From: Planctomycetota bacterium
GTDB lineage: Bacteria; Planctomycetota; UBA1135; UBA2386
DNA: 64,000 bases
Assembly (NCBI GenBank): GCA_965228735.1
Contig: OZ245838.1
Span: 2,944,001 to 3,008,000, forward strand
Reading direction: 5' to 3'
The notes under the pieces are model-generated. The model made no database searches, was not told where the DNA came from, and saw only the letters and a list, made by a program, of their open reading frames with translations. Made by a program: the position numbers and the translations under genes. Positions 10,019-19,778 of the stretch are shown here, piece after piece. Position 1 is the stretch's first letter. Every line of letters starts with the position of its first letter.

Positions 10019-11686
10019 TCAGTAGAGGCAGATCTCGTCGATCGCGATGTCGCCCGTGAACGTCCCGCCAGCCACGTAGTGGAACTGGAACTGGACGTTG
10101 CCGGTCGCCGGCGCCGTGAACGGCAGGTTGACGAGGTTCCACTCGCCGGCCACCGGGCCGGTGAACGTCGCGAGGACGGTCGGGAACGTGCCCGTGCCGT
10201 CGCCCATGCGAACCTCGAGGGTGCCGATCGAGGCACCGACGCGGCTGAGATCGAACTTCAGGTTGCTGATCCCGGCGGCCGAGTAGACGGCGCTGTCCAT
10301 GATGAACGTCGCCGTACCGCCCGAGCCGCTGGTCTCGCAGTACATGTAGTTCGCAGTGGCGTTGGCACCGGTGTTCGGGCCGGTGGCCGTCGAGGTCGTG
10401 CCGCCCGAGTCACAGGTCCAGGCGGTGCCGCCCGCACCCGTGGCCCAGCCGAGCGGGTAGCTGCCGAGACCGTTCGCCACGGCCTCGAAGTCTTCCGAGA
10501 TGCTGCACGTCGCGTTGAAGCGGCGGAACAGGTTGATCGTCTCGCCGGTCGCGAGCGCCGGGATCGGCGAGAGCGTCGGCTCGAGCGTCAGACCCTGGAT
10601 GCGGATGCCTTCGGCAAACCCGAAGAAGCCGGCCGGGACCTGGAAGCTGTGCTGGTTGCCCACGATGTACGGGGGCAGGATGACCTCGGCGCCCGGGTGG
10701 CCGGACAGCGTGTTCAGCTGGTTGAAGCCCGGCAGACCCGGGGTCACGCCGGTCGGCGTCTGGCCGTTGGCGAAGTTGGCGACGACCGCGCAGATGACGG
10801 CCGTGCTGCTGCCAGCACCCATCTCCCAGCGGAGGAAATCACCGTCGTCGAACTCGACCAACGGGCCCGCGCCCAGCGTGCCGGTGTTCAGCGTCGGCTC
10901 GGCGACCGCCGTCAGGACGGCCGGCTGCGGCGAGTTGGGGTCGACGTTGAAGGCGACGATCGTGTCCTGACCCGTCGCGCATACGTAGACGATGTTGTTG
11001 ACGAACGCGAGGCCTTCACCCGTGCCGAAGCCGTAGAAGGCCGTCCCCGGGATCGAGCCGATTTCGACGAACGAGGCGTCGTAGTTGCGGATGCTGTCGG
11101 TGCCGCTGTCGTACACCCAGAAGGTATTGGTGTTGACGTCGTGGGCGATGCCATCGAGCGAGCTCCCGTTGACCGGGTAGGTCATCACGTGCACCGGCGG
11201 GGTGACGTTGAGGTCGTACTCTTCGATCTCCGACGCCGTGCCGTCGACGACGTAGAGGTGGTTGTTGATGAGGCTCCAGGCCACACCCTCGGGGAAGGTC
11301 GTCTCGGTCGCGACCGGGATGCTGGAGATGTACACGCCAGCGGTGTCGTAGATGTCGACGTCGTCGTCGGTCGTGTCGGTCACGTAGACGTTCGTGACGT
11401 CACGCGTGATGCCGATCGGGCTGCCCGTGTTGGGCGCAACCGAGATCGTCGGACCCGTTGAGATGCCCGTCGAACCATTGACGGTATCCCAGGTGTCGTT
11501 GGCGAGATCGACGACGTAGATGTCGGGGCCGACACCCGCGATGCTGGTCGAGTCGAGACCGACCGGCGTGGTGGCGTTGGCAGGAGCCGGGAAGCTGAAG
11601 AGGACGGCGCCGTACTGCTGCGCAGAGGCGGCCGAGGTGACGAGACCAGCGGCGAGGCTGGCGAGGGCAAGCGAACGGATTTGCAT
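10019..11686 (-). CDS. Secreted protein: N-terminal beta-propeller-like repeats and C-terminal MAM-like domain
   Basis: Signal peptide MQIRSLALASLAAGLV; P.G(I/V)A...(V/L)YV.D repeats; C-terminal GPNTGA..NYMYCETS...GTLEV...W...VQFQF...GDIAIDEI. Confidence 0.75.
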   Translation of the reverse strand: MQIRSLALASLAAGLVTSAASAQQYGAVLFSFPAPANATTPVGLDSTSIAGVGPDIYVVDLANDTWDTVNGSTGISTGPTISVAPNTGSPIGITRDVTNVYVTDTTDDDVDIYDTAGVYISSIPVATETTFPEGVAWSLINNHLYVVDGTASEIEEYDLNVTPPVHVMTYPVNGSSLDGIAHDVNTNTFWVYDSGTDSIRNYDASFVEIGSIPGTAFYGFGTGEGLAFVNNIVYVCATGQDTIVAFNVDPNSPQPAVLTAVAEPTLNTGTLGAGPLVEFDDGDFLRWEMGAGSSTAVICAVVANFANGQTPTGVTPGLPGFNQLNTLSGHPGAEVILPPYIVGNQHSFQVPAGFFGFAEGIRIQGLTLEPTLSPIPALATGETINLFRRFNATCSISEDFEAVANGLGSYPLGWATGAGGTAWTCDSGGTTSTATGPNTGANATANYMYCETSGSGGTATFIMDSAVYSAAGISNLKFDLSRVGASIGTLEVRMGDGTGTFPTVLATFTGPVAGEWNLVNLPFTAPATGNVQFQFHYVAGGTFTGDIAIDEICLY

Positions 11687-11918
11687 GAACCTGATGCTGG
11701 GTTGGGAAACAGAGCTGAGATTGCGCTCCTGGGGGGAGCAGGAGCGCGGTGAACCATACAACGCTGTTACCGGTTGTGTGAGACCCTGGGACACGCGCGA
11801 TCTGCCCGTGTTTCGGCGTAGCGCGCAGGCGGCACGGTGAGCCGACAGCGAGATCGTCCGTCCGACTCGACAGGAACGGGTTGGTGTCGACGCCGCTCAC
11901 CGCGAGACTGTCCCCCTG

Positions 11919-13871
11919 ATGCCGACACGACCGTTCTCGTGCCCGCCCTGGTGTGCCGCAATCGCGATCTGCGCCATCGCGCTCACCGCGTACTGGGCGA
12001 CGATGCCGGACACCGTCACGCTCGAGGACTCCGGCAGCTTCCTCGTGAGCGCGTATCACTTCGGGATTCCGCATCCGCCGGGGTATCCGACCTACACGGC
12101 GCTGGCCGCCCTGGTGAGCAGCTGCGTCGCCCCGGACCACGTCGCCACCGCCGTGCACGGACTGAGCGCGACGTGCGCCGCACTCGCGAGCGTTGCGCTG
12201 TATGCGGTCGCGCGCATGATCGGCATCGCACCGGGTTTCGCGATGGTCTCGGGCCTGCTGTTCGCCCTGTCCCCCGGCCTCTGGTCCCAGGCGATCGTCG
12301 CCGAGGTCTACACGCTCAACGCCGCGTTCACGTTCGGGCTGATCGCACTCGCGCTGCGCTACCGGGAGCGCGGCGGGCGGCAACGCGCCGTCTGGTTCGC
12401 GTTCGTCTTCGGGCTGAGCCTCACGAACCAGTGGCCACTCATCGCGCTCGCGTCACCGTGCCTGCTGCTGCTCGTCTGGCCGCGCCGACGGGAACTGCTG
12501 CGTGCGCTGCCGCTGATGGGCATCGCGGTCCTGCTCGGGCTGCTGCCCTACGGCTTGATGCTCGCCCGCTCGCACGCCGATCCGTTGGTCAGCTTCTCGG
12601 GACCGATCGAGGATCTCTGGGCGTTCGTCAGCCGACGGGACTACGCCGCGGTCGAGAACAGTCCGAGTGCCGGCATCGCGGACAAGTTGCAGTTCCAGTG
12701 GTTCCTCGGTCGTGAGTTCGTCGCGCAACACTCGTGGCTCGGGCTCGCGCTCGCCGTGGTCGGATGCGTGACACTCTGGCGCAGCGCCGCGCGGCCGGTC
12801 ACGGTCGCACTGGTCTGCGGTTGGGCCGGCACCTCGACCGTGCTGTTCGCGCTGCTCAACCTCGACTACTCGTTCGCTGCCGAAGCGGTCTACCGGACCT
12901 ATCCGTTGCCTGCGTTCGGCATCGGAGCGCTGTGGATCGGAGCCGGGCTGGCCGCGATCTCGACGAAGCTCCGACGTGGCGTGGTCGTGAGCTCCGTCCT
13001 CGCCGCGATCACGCTCGGCTGGGTCGGTTGGACCGGTCTGCAGCGCAACGATTGCCGCACACTCGACTATGCCGAGGACTACGCGACGACGGTCCTGGCA
13101 ACGGTCAAGTCGAATGCCGTGGTCTTCACGACCGGCGACACCAACCTCGGACCGCTCGCGTTCGCCCACCACGTCCTCGGCGTCCGCCCGGACATCACGC
13201 TGATGAACGCCGAGGGCTACGTCTTCCGCAACCGGTTGTTCGCCCCCACGACCCCGCGCGAGCAGAAGCGCGCGATCATCCGCGAGTTCATCGCGACCAC
13301 CGAGCGACCCGTCTACTTCATGGCGCCGTACGATCACGGCTTCGGCATGATCGACTTCGGCCTCTATCACGAGGTCCTGCGGGACAACGAACGTCAGCAG
13401 GTCGCGATGCACCAGAAGATCCGGGCGTTCCTGGACCGCGCTCTCGAGCTCGACGACCGCGGCGATCCCGGGCTGATCGCGCATCGTGCCACGCTGATCC
13501 GGCGGCAAGCGTCGGTCCTCGCGCGCATCGGAGCTGGCTCGAGAGACGCGGACACCACGCGGCGAGTCAACCAGGACCTGCACCGGCTCGCGACGTCGTT
13601 CTTCGGACAACTCGGCGCCATCGAGGGCGCCCTGGGCCAGGGGGAGCCAACCCTGATCGGCAAGTGGATCGACGCGGCCGCAGAACTCGCGGGGACGAGC
13701 CCGGTGGTGTCGAAGCGCGAACGGGCGCGGCTGCACGAACTGCGTGGCCACCTGCGCCTGCGCGAGAACGACCGCGCGGGCGCGCAGGTCGCGTTCCAAC
13801 GGGCGTTCGACGAATGGCCCAACCCGCGCAACCCGGCGGCGACGCTGCTCATCGAGACCCTGCGGAAGTGA
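11919..13871 (+). CDS. DUF2723 / TMEM260-like membrane glycosyltransferase with C-terminal TPR-like helices
   Basis: EDSGSFL...GIPHPPGYPTY, WSQAIVAEVYTLN, GDTN.GPL...LGVRPDI; many TM segments. Confidence 0.85.
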   Translation: MPTRPFSCPPWCAAIAICAIALTAYWATMPDTVTLEDSGSFLVSAYHFGIPHPPGYPTYTALAALVSSCVAPDHVATAVHGLSATCAALASVALYAVARMIGIAPGFAMVSGLLFALSPGLWSQAIVAEVYTLNAAFTFGLIALALRYRERGGRQRAVWFAFVFGLSLTNQWPLIALASPCLLLLVWPRRRELLRALPLMGIAVLLGLLPYGLMLARSHADPLVSFSGPIEDLWAFVSRRDYAAVENSPSAGIADKLQFQWFLGREFVAQHSWLGLALAVVGCVTLWRSAARPVTVALVCGWAGTSTVLFALLNLDYSFAAEAVYRTYPLPAFGIGALWIGAGLAAISTKLRRGVVVSSVLAAITLGWVGWTGLQRNDCRTLDYAEDYATTVLATVKSNAVVFTTGDTNLGPLAFAHHVLGVRPDITLMNAEGYVFRNRLFAPTTPREQKRAIIREFIATTERPVYFMAPYDHGFGMIDFGLYHEVLRDNERQQVAMHQKIRAFLDRALELDDRGDPGLIAHRATLIRRQASVLARIGAGSRDADTTRRVNQDLHRLATSFFGQLGAIEGALGQGEPTLIGKWIDAAAELAGTSPVVSKRERARLHELRGHLRLRENDRAGAQVAFQRAFDEWPNPRNPAATLLIETLRK

Positions 13872-13879
13872 CTGCGACC

Positions 13880-15574
13880 ATGCCCTGCCCCCGTCTTGCC
13901 GTGTTCTCGTTGGTGCTTCTCTCGGCGTTCGGCTGCCGGACCGCGGACCGGCGCACCGAGCCGATCACGGGCGATCTCGTCGCCCGACTCGTCGCCTGGA
14001 ACGACGCCGCGATGCCCGCGCGGCTCGCGCGCCAGCAGCGGGATCGCTCGGCGAGCTCGTTCGGCGGCATCCGCGCCAGCAACGGGCTCTACCACGCGGG
14101 CGCGGCCTCGGGCTTCGTCCGCGATCTCGCGGCCGCCTACGTGTCGCCGGCGAGCCGCTACGCGGGCAGCGGCGAACTGCTCGCCGCGATCGACGACGCC
14201 GCGACGTTCCTGCTCCGTTCGCAGCACGACGACGGCACGATCGACCTCATCACGACGAACTTCCACTCACCGCCCGACACGGGGTTCGTGCTCGAGTGGG
14301 TGTGCACCGCGGCGACCGTGCTGCAGCAGGCGAACGACGCCGCCGTCGAGCCCGTGCTGCAGAAGCTCCTGACGTTCATCCGCCGCGGCGCGGACGCGCT
14401 CGCGGTCGGCGGCATTCACACGCCCAACCACCGCTGGGTCGTCTGCATGGCGCTCGCGCGCGCCAACGCGCTCCTCGAGGACCCGCGCTACGTCGAGCGC
14501 GTCGACACGTGGCTCGCGGAGAACATCGACATCGACCCCGACGGCCAGTTCACCGAACGCAGCACGTCGATCTACTCGCCGCTCACGAACCGCTGCCTCA
14601 TCACCGTCGCGCGCCTGCTCGACCGACCCGCGCTGCTCGACGCCGTGCGCCGCAACCTCGAGATGTCGCTCTACTACATGCACAAGGGCGGCCAGATCGC
14701 GACGGAGGGCTCACGCCGCCAGGACCAGTACAAAAGCAGCACGATGCTGCGCTACTACTACCCCTACCGCTACTTCGCGCTGCACGACGGCGACGCGCGC
14801 TTCGCGGCGGTCGTGCGGCAGATCGAGCGCCGTGAGCCTCAACGACTGACCGGCCAACTCGCGTTCTTCCTCGAGTCGCCGGAGCTCGCGGACCCGCTGC
14901 CGAGGAGCGGCGAACTGCCGACCGACTACGAACGTCACTTCCCGCACTCCGACCTCGTGCGGATCCGGCGCGACGACCTCAGCGCGACGATCCTCGCGGA
15001 CAACCCGACGTTCTGCAGTCTGCACATCGGCAGCGCGGCGGTCGCGATGCGCTTCGCGTCGGCGTTCTTCGGCAAGGGCCAATTCGTCGGCGGAGAACTG
15101 CACGAGGATGGTGACGCCTGGGTCATGCACCAGGACCTCACGGGGCCCTACTACCAGCCGATCGACGCGACGCTGCGGCGGCCGGACGGCGACTGGCATC
15201 GGATGCCGCGGGACCAACGCCCGCAGAGCGAGGTGCAGCACCTGCGATCGACGGTCCGCATCCGCGAACGGGACGGCGGCCTCGACGTCGAACTCGAACT
15301 CACGGGCACCGAGGGGGTGCCCGTCGCGATCGAGCTCGCGTGCCCGGCCGAAACGACGATCGCAGGCGCTCTCCCGGTCGACGGCGACCCCGAACGCCTC
15401 CTGCTGCCGGACGCCGCCACGCTCTCGATCGGCGACGATCGCATTCGCGTGCGGGGCGGCCAGGTCGAGCACGAGTGGGTCGACATCCGCGGCGCCCTGC
15501 CCAAGGTCCCGGGCCGCAGCATCTACGTGACGGGGTTCACGCCGCTGCGCCGCACGCTGGAGTTCCGGCGATGA
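13880..15574 (+). CDS. Conserved hypothetical lipoprotein (alpha/alpha-toroid, possibly lyase/heparinase-like)
   Basis: Lipobox-like AFGC; NFHSPPDTGF, GGIHTPNHRWV and DGQFTERS motifs; stop overlaps the next ATG. Confidence 0.6.
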   Translation: MPCPRLAVFSLVLLSAFGCRTADRRTEPITGDLVARLVAWNDAAMPARLARQQRDRSASSFGGIRASNGLYHAGAASGFVRDLAAAYVSPASRYAGSGELLAAIDDAATFLLRSQHDDGTIDLITTNFHSPPDTGFVLEWVCTAATVLQQANDAAVEPVLQKLLTFIRRGADALAVGGIHTPNHRWVVCMALARANALLEDPRYVERVDTWLAENIDIDPDGQFTERSTSIYSPLTNRCLITVARLLDRPALLDAVRRNLEMSLYYMHKGGQIATEGSRRQDQYKSSTMLRYYYPYRYFALHDGDARFAAVVRQIERREPQRLTGQLAFFLESPELADPLPRSGELPTDYERHFPHSDLVRIRRDDLSATILADNPTFCSLHIGSAAVAMRFASAFFGKGQFVGGELHEDGDAWVMHQDLTGPYYQPIDATLRRPDGDWHRMPRDQRPQSEVQHLRSTVRIRERDGGLDVELELTGTEGVPVAIELACPAETTIAGALPVDGDPERLLLPDAATLSIGDDRIRVRGGQVEHEWVDIRGALPKVPGRSIYVTGFTPLRRTLEFRR

Positions 15575-16593
15575 AGGTCGGCGCGACGATCGCCTTCGGC
15601 CTGGGGCTCCCGTTCGCCGGCTGCGCGATGCAGAACGGCGCCGACGCGCGGGCCCTCACGATTCACGAGTCCACGGCGGCGATCGTGATCCGCTGCGGTG
15701 ACGCGCACGTGCTGACGTATCACAAGACCGAAGTGCCGCCACCGACCGGTGCGTCGGCGCTCTATCGCCGTTCCGGGTTCATCCACCCGCTCACGGCGCC
15801 AGGCGGCGATCCCGTGACCGGGATGCACCCGCGCGATCACCACCACCACCTCGGCCTCTGGCACGCGTGGGTGAAGACGCAGCACCGCGGCCGCGCCGTC
15901 GACTTCTGGAACCTCGGCAAGGGCGAGGGCACGGTGCGCTACGCGGCGACCGAGAGCCTCCGGCGCGGAGCGGCCGGCGTCGGCTTCACGGTCACGCAAC
16001 ACCACGTCGCGCTGGCGACCGAGGCGCGCGCCGAGGAGACCGTGCTCACGGAGACGTTCTCGATCGACGTCGCGGTGCATCCGAACGGGCACTACCTCGT
16101 CGACTACGTCGCGGAGCAGATGAACGTGACGGATGCGCCGCTGCAGCTGCCGGCGTATCGCTACGGCGGCGGCATCGCCTACCGCGGCCCCGCGCACTGG
16201 CAAGCGGACAACAGCGCGTATCTGACGTCCGCGGGCCGCGGCCGCGCGGACGGCCACACGACCCGCGCGCGCTGGTGTCTGCTGTCGGGCGCGACCGAGC
16301 CGGCCGCCGACGACCGGCCCACGTCCGATTCGGCCGCCCCCGATTCGAGCAGCGCCGCGGTCGCGATCCTCGGCGACCCACGAAACCACGACGCCCCCCA
16401 ACGCCAGCGCATCTGGCCCGCGACCGCGAACAACGGCGGCGCGGTGTTCTTCAACTTCGTGCCGACCCAGGAAACCGCCTGGGCGCTCGAACCCGGGGTG
16501 CCGCAGACCATGCGCTACCGCCTCGTCGTCGCGAACGGCACGCCGACTCCCGCGCAGGTCGATCGCTGGTTCGCGGAATACGCCCGGCGATGA
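15571..16593 (+). CDS. DUF6807 ('PmoA-like') family lipoprotein
   Basis: FAGC lipobox; RSGFIHPL...HPRDHHHHLGLW...VDFWN; YRYGG..YRG. Confidence 0.75.
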   Translation: MKVGATIAFGLGLPFAGCAMQNGADARALTIHESTAAIVIRCGDAHVLTYHKTEVPPPTGASALYRRSGFIHPLTAPGGDPVTGMHPRDHHHHLGLWHAWVKTQHRGRAVDFWNLGKGEGTVRYAATESLRRGAAGVGFTVTQHHVALATEARAEETVLTETFSIDVAVHPNGHYLVDYVAEQMNVTDAPLQLPAYRYGGGIAYRGPAHWQADNSAYLTSAGRGRADGHTTRARWCLLSGATEPAADDRPTSDSAAPDSSSAAVAILGDPRNHDAPQRQRIWPATANNGGAVFFNFVPTQETAWALEPGVPQTMRYRLVVANGTPTPAQVDRWFAEYARR

Positions 16594-16672
16594 CGCGCCT
16601 CACCGGAATCGCCCCCGGATTCCATGAATAGCATCGGTCGCCGCGGGCGACTGTAGGTCGATGCCCCGCGCC

Positions 16673-17182
16673 ATGGCGCCAACCGAAGCCGATCCCACCT
16701 CCGAACCACCGGAGTGGGTCGGACACCACCATGCCGCCATCTGGCGCTACCTCTGCATGTTGGGCGCCAGGCCCGACGAAGCAGACGACCTCGCGCAGGA
16801 GACGATGCTCATCGGCTGCGCGAGTCCAGCACCCGACGAGGAACGCGCCGCAGCGTTCCTGCGGGGAGTCGCGCGCAACGTCTGGCTGCGATCGCGCCGT
16901 TGGTGGCAACGCCGGCGTGAGCGCGAGATCGCGATGGCAGTCGAAGAACTGTGGATCGCGTCAGCCGAGAAGAGCGCCGGAGACGACCTGCTCCGGCGGC
17001 TGACGGAGTGCCTCGAGACGCTGCAACCCAGGGCGCGACGGGCGCTCGAACTGCACTACCAAGACGGTCTGCCCTGGCGGGACGCTGCGCGCCTACTGGG
17101 GCTGCGCGAAAACGGCACGAAGACCCTGGTGCAACGCGCCCGGCGCGCGCTGCGCGAATGCATCGAACGGAGAACGACATGA
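16673..17182 (+). CDS. ECF RNA polymerase sigma-70 factor
   Basis: IWRYLCMLGA..DEADDLAQE, AFLRGVARN, LTECLETLQPRARRALELHY, TKTLVQRARRALRECIE; alternative start at 16661. Confidence 0.9.
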   Translation: MAPTEADPTSEPPEWVGHHHAAIWRYLCMLGARPDEADDLAQETMLIGCASPAPDEERAAAFLRGVARNVWLRSRRWWQRRREREIAMAVEELWIASAEKSAGDDLLRRLTECLETLQPRARRALELHYQDGLPWRDAARLLGLRENGTKTLVQRARRALRECIERRTT

Positions 17183-18393
17183 CCAACGCGATGGAGAAGG
17201 CCAAGGATCGGAGATTGGAATGGTTGCTGCGCGAGGCAGTCGGCGGCCGCGGACCGAGTTCCACTCGAACACCGGTGCCGCAAACGAGCGCGCCAGCGCA
17301 CCGATGGCTGCTTGCCGCAGTGGCGCTCCTCGCACCGCTGGTGGTGTATGGCGTCGCGACGCTCGAAGACTCGGAACAGCACGCGTCGCCGGCACCGGCT
17401 TCGCCCCAGGGTGCACCGGTCTGGCACGACGTCCGCGACGCTGGCGATATCGCGAACCTGCCCGCCGACGCGATCAACCTCCGCTGCTACGGCTTCGACG
17501 ATGCGGGACTCGCCGCCTTGTCGCAACTCACCCGAATCAAACGACTGGATCTCGGCCCGGTGAACCGGAGCGGCGCCAACGAGCCGCCGGCCATCTCCGA
17601 CGCGGGAGTCGCGCTTCTTGGCGACCTGAAGCTCACCGACCTTTCGCTCCGCGGCTGCGCCGCGCTGACGGACGACATCGGAGCGACCCTGTCGAGAATG
17701 GTGACGCTGCGGCGACTCGACCTGGCCGCCATGCCGAAGATCACGGCCGCGCTGCTGCCGCAGCTGCCCGCCGGACTCGTCGCGCTGGCCCTGGACGGGA
17801 ATCACCGCCTCAGAGGGCGCGGCCTGCGACGCCTTCCCGAACTCCCCAACCTGCTCGAGCTGTCCCTCGACGACGTCCCGGCGATCACCGATGACGACCT
17901 CCGACTCATCCTCGAAGGCCGCGGTCTTGCCGTGCTCCGTCTCGGCGGCGGCCACCCGGTTCACCGGAACGGAGCGGTCATGATCCCCACCGACTCCCAA
18001 CTGACGTCGGCGGCTCGCGAGTCGATCTCGGCTCACACCAGCCTGACCGAACTCGGGTTGTCGGGCAGCGTGCCGTGGCTCGATGCCAGCGTCATGGCAT
18101 CCATCGGCGGGCTGCCTGCCCTCCTCGAGCTGGATCTCGCGGGGAACAACACGATCACCGGCGAGCTGCTTGCGCCGCTGGCGACGTCGCGCTCGCTGCA
18201 CACGCTGCGGTTGACGAACTGCAAACGGGTTCGAAGCGACGCCCTCGACGGTCTGGCGGGCCTCGCGCTTCGCCGGCTCGATCTCGACGGCACGAACCTG
18301 ACGGAGGCGGCCGTCAAGGCGGCCGCTCGGGCATGGCCTGGCTGTCAGGTCACGATGCCGGATGGCAGCCGCTACCAAGTCCCGGTCAAGTAG
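17179..18393 (+). CDS. Membrane-anchored putative anti-sigma factor with LRR ectodomain
   Basis: ATGA overlap with the sigma stop; DRRLEWLLREA, TM WLLAAVALLAPLVVYGV, then LxxLDL / ITD..L repeats. Confidence 0.78.
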   Translation: MTNAMEKAKDRRLEWLLREAVGGRGPSSTRTPVPQTSAPAHRWLLAAVALLAPLVVYGVATLEDSEQHASPAPASPQGAPVWHDVRDAGDIANLPADAINLRCYGFDDAGLAALSQLTRIKRLDLGPVNRSGANEPPAISDAGVALLGDLKLTDLSLRGCAALTDDIGATLSRMVTLRRLDLAAMPKITAALLPQLPAGLVALALDGNHRLRGRGLRRLPELPNLLELSLDDVPAITDDDLRLILEGRGLAVLRLGGGHPVHRNGAVMIPTDSQLTSAARESISAHTSLTELGLSGSVPWLDASVMASIGGLPALLELDLAGNNTITGELLAPLATSRSLHTLRLTNCKRVRSDALDGLAGLALRRLDLDGTNLTEAAVKAAARAWPGCQVTMPDGSRYQVPVK

Positions 18394-18405
18394 CCGACAG
18401 CGAGA

Positions 18406-19710
18406 CTAACGAATCACGGCCCCGCCCCGCCACGGCTCGGGCTTCGGCAGCTCCGGCATGTTGAGCGTGAGGATCGCCATCGCGGTGCCGTAGCCGGCCG
18501 AGCGCGGGAACTGGCGGTCGTTCCAGCTGCCGTCGGGTTCGATCGAGCGCGCGAGCACGACGCGCATCCGGTCGCGCAGCTCGTCCCGCAGCCTCTGGTC
18601 CTCGATCTGCTCGATCGCCTGCGCGGCGTAGACGTGACCGAACATGAAGTAGTACGGCGCGATGCCGTAGGGCCGCACGTGCGTGCCGCGCTGGCTCTTG
18701 CGCACCGCGAGCTCGTCCCAGTTGTCGAAGAAGCTCTGCACCGCGCGCTCGAGCCGCGCGTCGTCGCCGCGACCGGCGAGCTTCAGCGTCGTCTCGCAGA
18801 GCGCCGCGCGCGCGGCGGCGCCCGGCGTCTTGTCCATCATCGACAGCTTCTCCTCGGGGACCTCGTTGCGGTTGCCGGGGCCCGCGCCGTAGGCGTAGCC
18901 GCCGGCCTGACTGCGCGCCCGTTCGAGCGCATCGAGGGCCTGGTCGACGACGTGCTTCGGCACCTCGTGACCACGCGCCTCGGCGTGGAACAACGCCTGC
19001 AGCGCCGCCGGCGTCATGAACGTCGACGCGCGGTTCTTCGGGCTCAGGAAACCGGCGCGGCGCGAGTAGTTCCAACCGCCGCTCTCGGGGATCGCGGACT
19101 CGACGAGCGACTGCACCAGGAACGTGGTCTTGCTGCGCACCCCGTCCGCGTGCGCAGCGGGCACGAGCCCCTGGTCCTGCAGGTGCAGGAACAGCTGCAG
19201 CGCGTAGATCTTGCCCCAGTTGCGCACGTCGTAGCGGCCCTCGAAACCGATCGTCATGCGCTCGACCTCGAGCGTCTTCAGCACGAACGCGACCCCGCGC
19301 TCGACCGCGGACTGCCGTTCGGTGTCGCGCTCGTAACCCGGCGCGGCGATGAGCCCGAGGCAGACGATCGCCGTGCCGCCGACGCGGTAGCCGACGGGCA
19401 GCTGCCCGCGGTCTTCGCGGTAGACGCCTTCGTAGGGCCACTGGTCGCCATCGCCTTCGGGCAGCGCGAGCAGCGCCGTGACGGCCCGCGCGTTCGCCGC
19501 CTCGACCGCGAGCGGCGCCGGATCCGCGACGGGCAGCTCGTCGCGGTCGAACAACCGCGGCGCGGACGGCGAGTTCTTCGGCCGTTTGCTGGTGACCGGC
19601 GGATCGACCGCCCGCGGGTCGCCCTTCTCGGACTTGCTCTGGCCCGGCAGATCAGCAGCGACCTGCCCCAGGGTCAGGAGCAGAACGAACGGCGCGAGAC
19701 GAGCGGTCAT
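18406..19710 (-). CDS. Secreted prenyltransferase/squalene-cyclase-repeat protein
   Basis: Signal peptide; ESGGWNY, AGGYAY, YYFMFGHVYAAQA, PDGSW...YGTAMAILTL. Confidence 0.7.
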   Translation of the reverse strand: MTARLAPFVLLLTLGQVAADLPGQSKSEKGDPRAVDPPVTSKRPKNSPSAPRLFDRDELPVADPAPLAVEAANARAVTALLALPEGDGDQWPYEGVYREDRGQLPVGYRVGGTAIVCLGLIAAPGYERDTERQSAVERGVAFVLKTLEVERMTIGFEGRYDVRNWGKIYALQLFLHLQDQGLVPAAHADGVRSKTTFLVQSLVESAIPESGGWNYSRRAGFLSPKNRASTFMTPAALQALFHAEARGHEVPKHVVDQALDALERARSQAGGYAYGAGPGNRNEVPEEKLSMMDKTPGAAARAALCETTLKLAGRGDDARLERAVQSFFDNWDELAVRKSQRGTHVRPYGIAPYYFMFGHVYAAQAIEQIEDQRLRDELRDRMRVVLARSIEPDGSWNDRQFPRSAGYGTAMAILTLNMPELPKPEPWRGGAVIR

Positions 19711-19778
19711 GGGACCGATCGGAACCCCCGATCGCTCGGAGCACAAGTGTCGCGGCCCGGATGGTCGATTAGGGTGAC

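Noticed and set aside
15571..16593. Methane monooxygenase (from the 'PmoA' family label)
   Set aside because: A soluble lipoprotein of the DUF6807 type with no multi-TM PmoA topology and no pmoB/pmoC.
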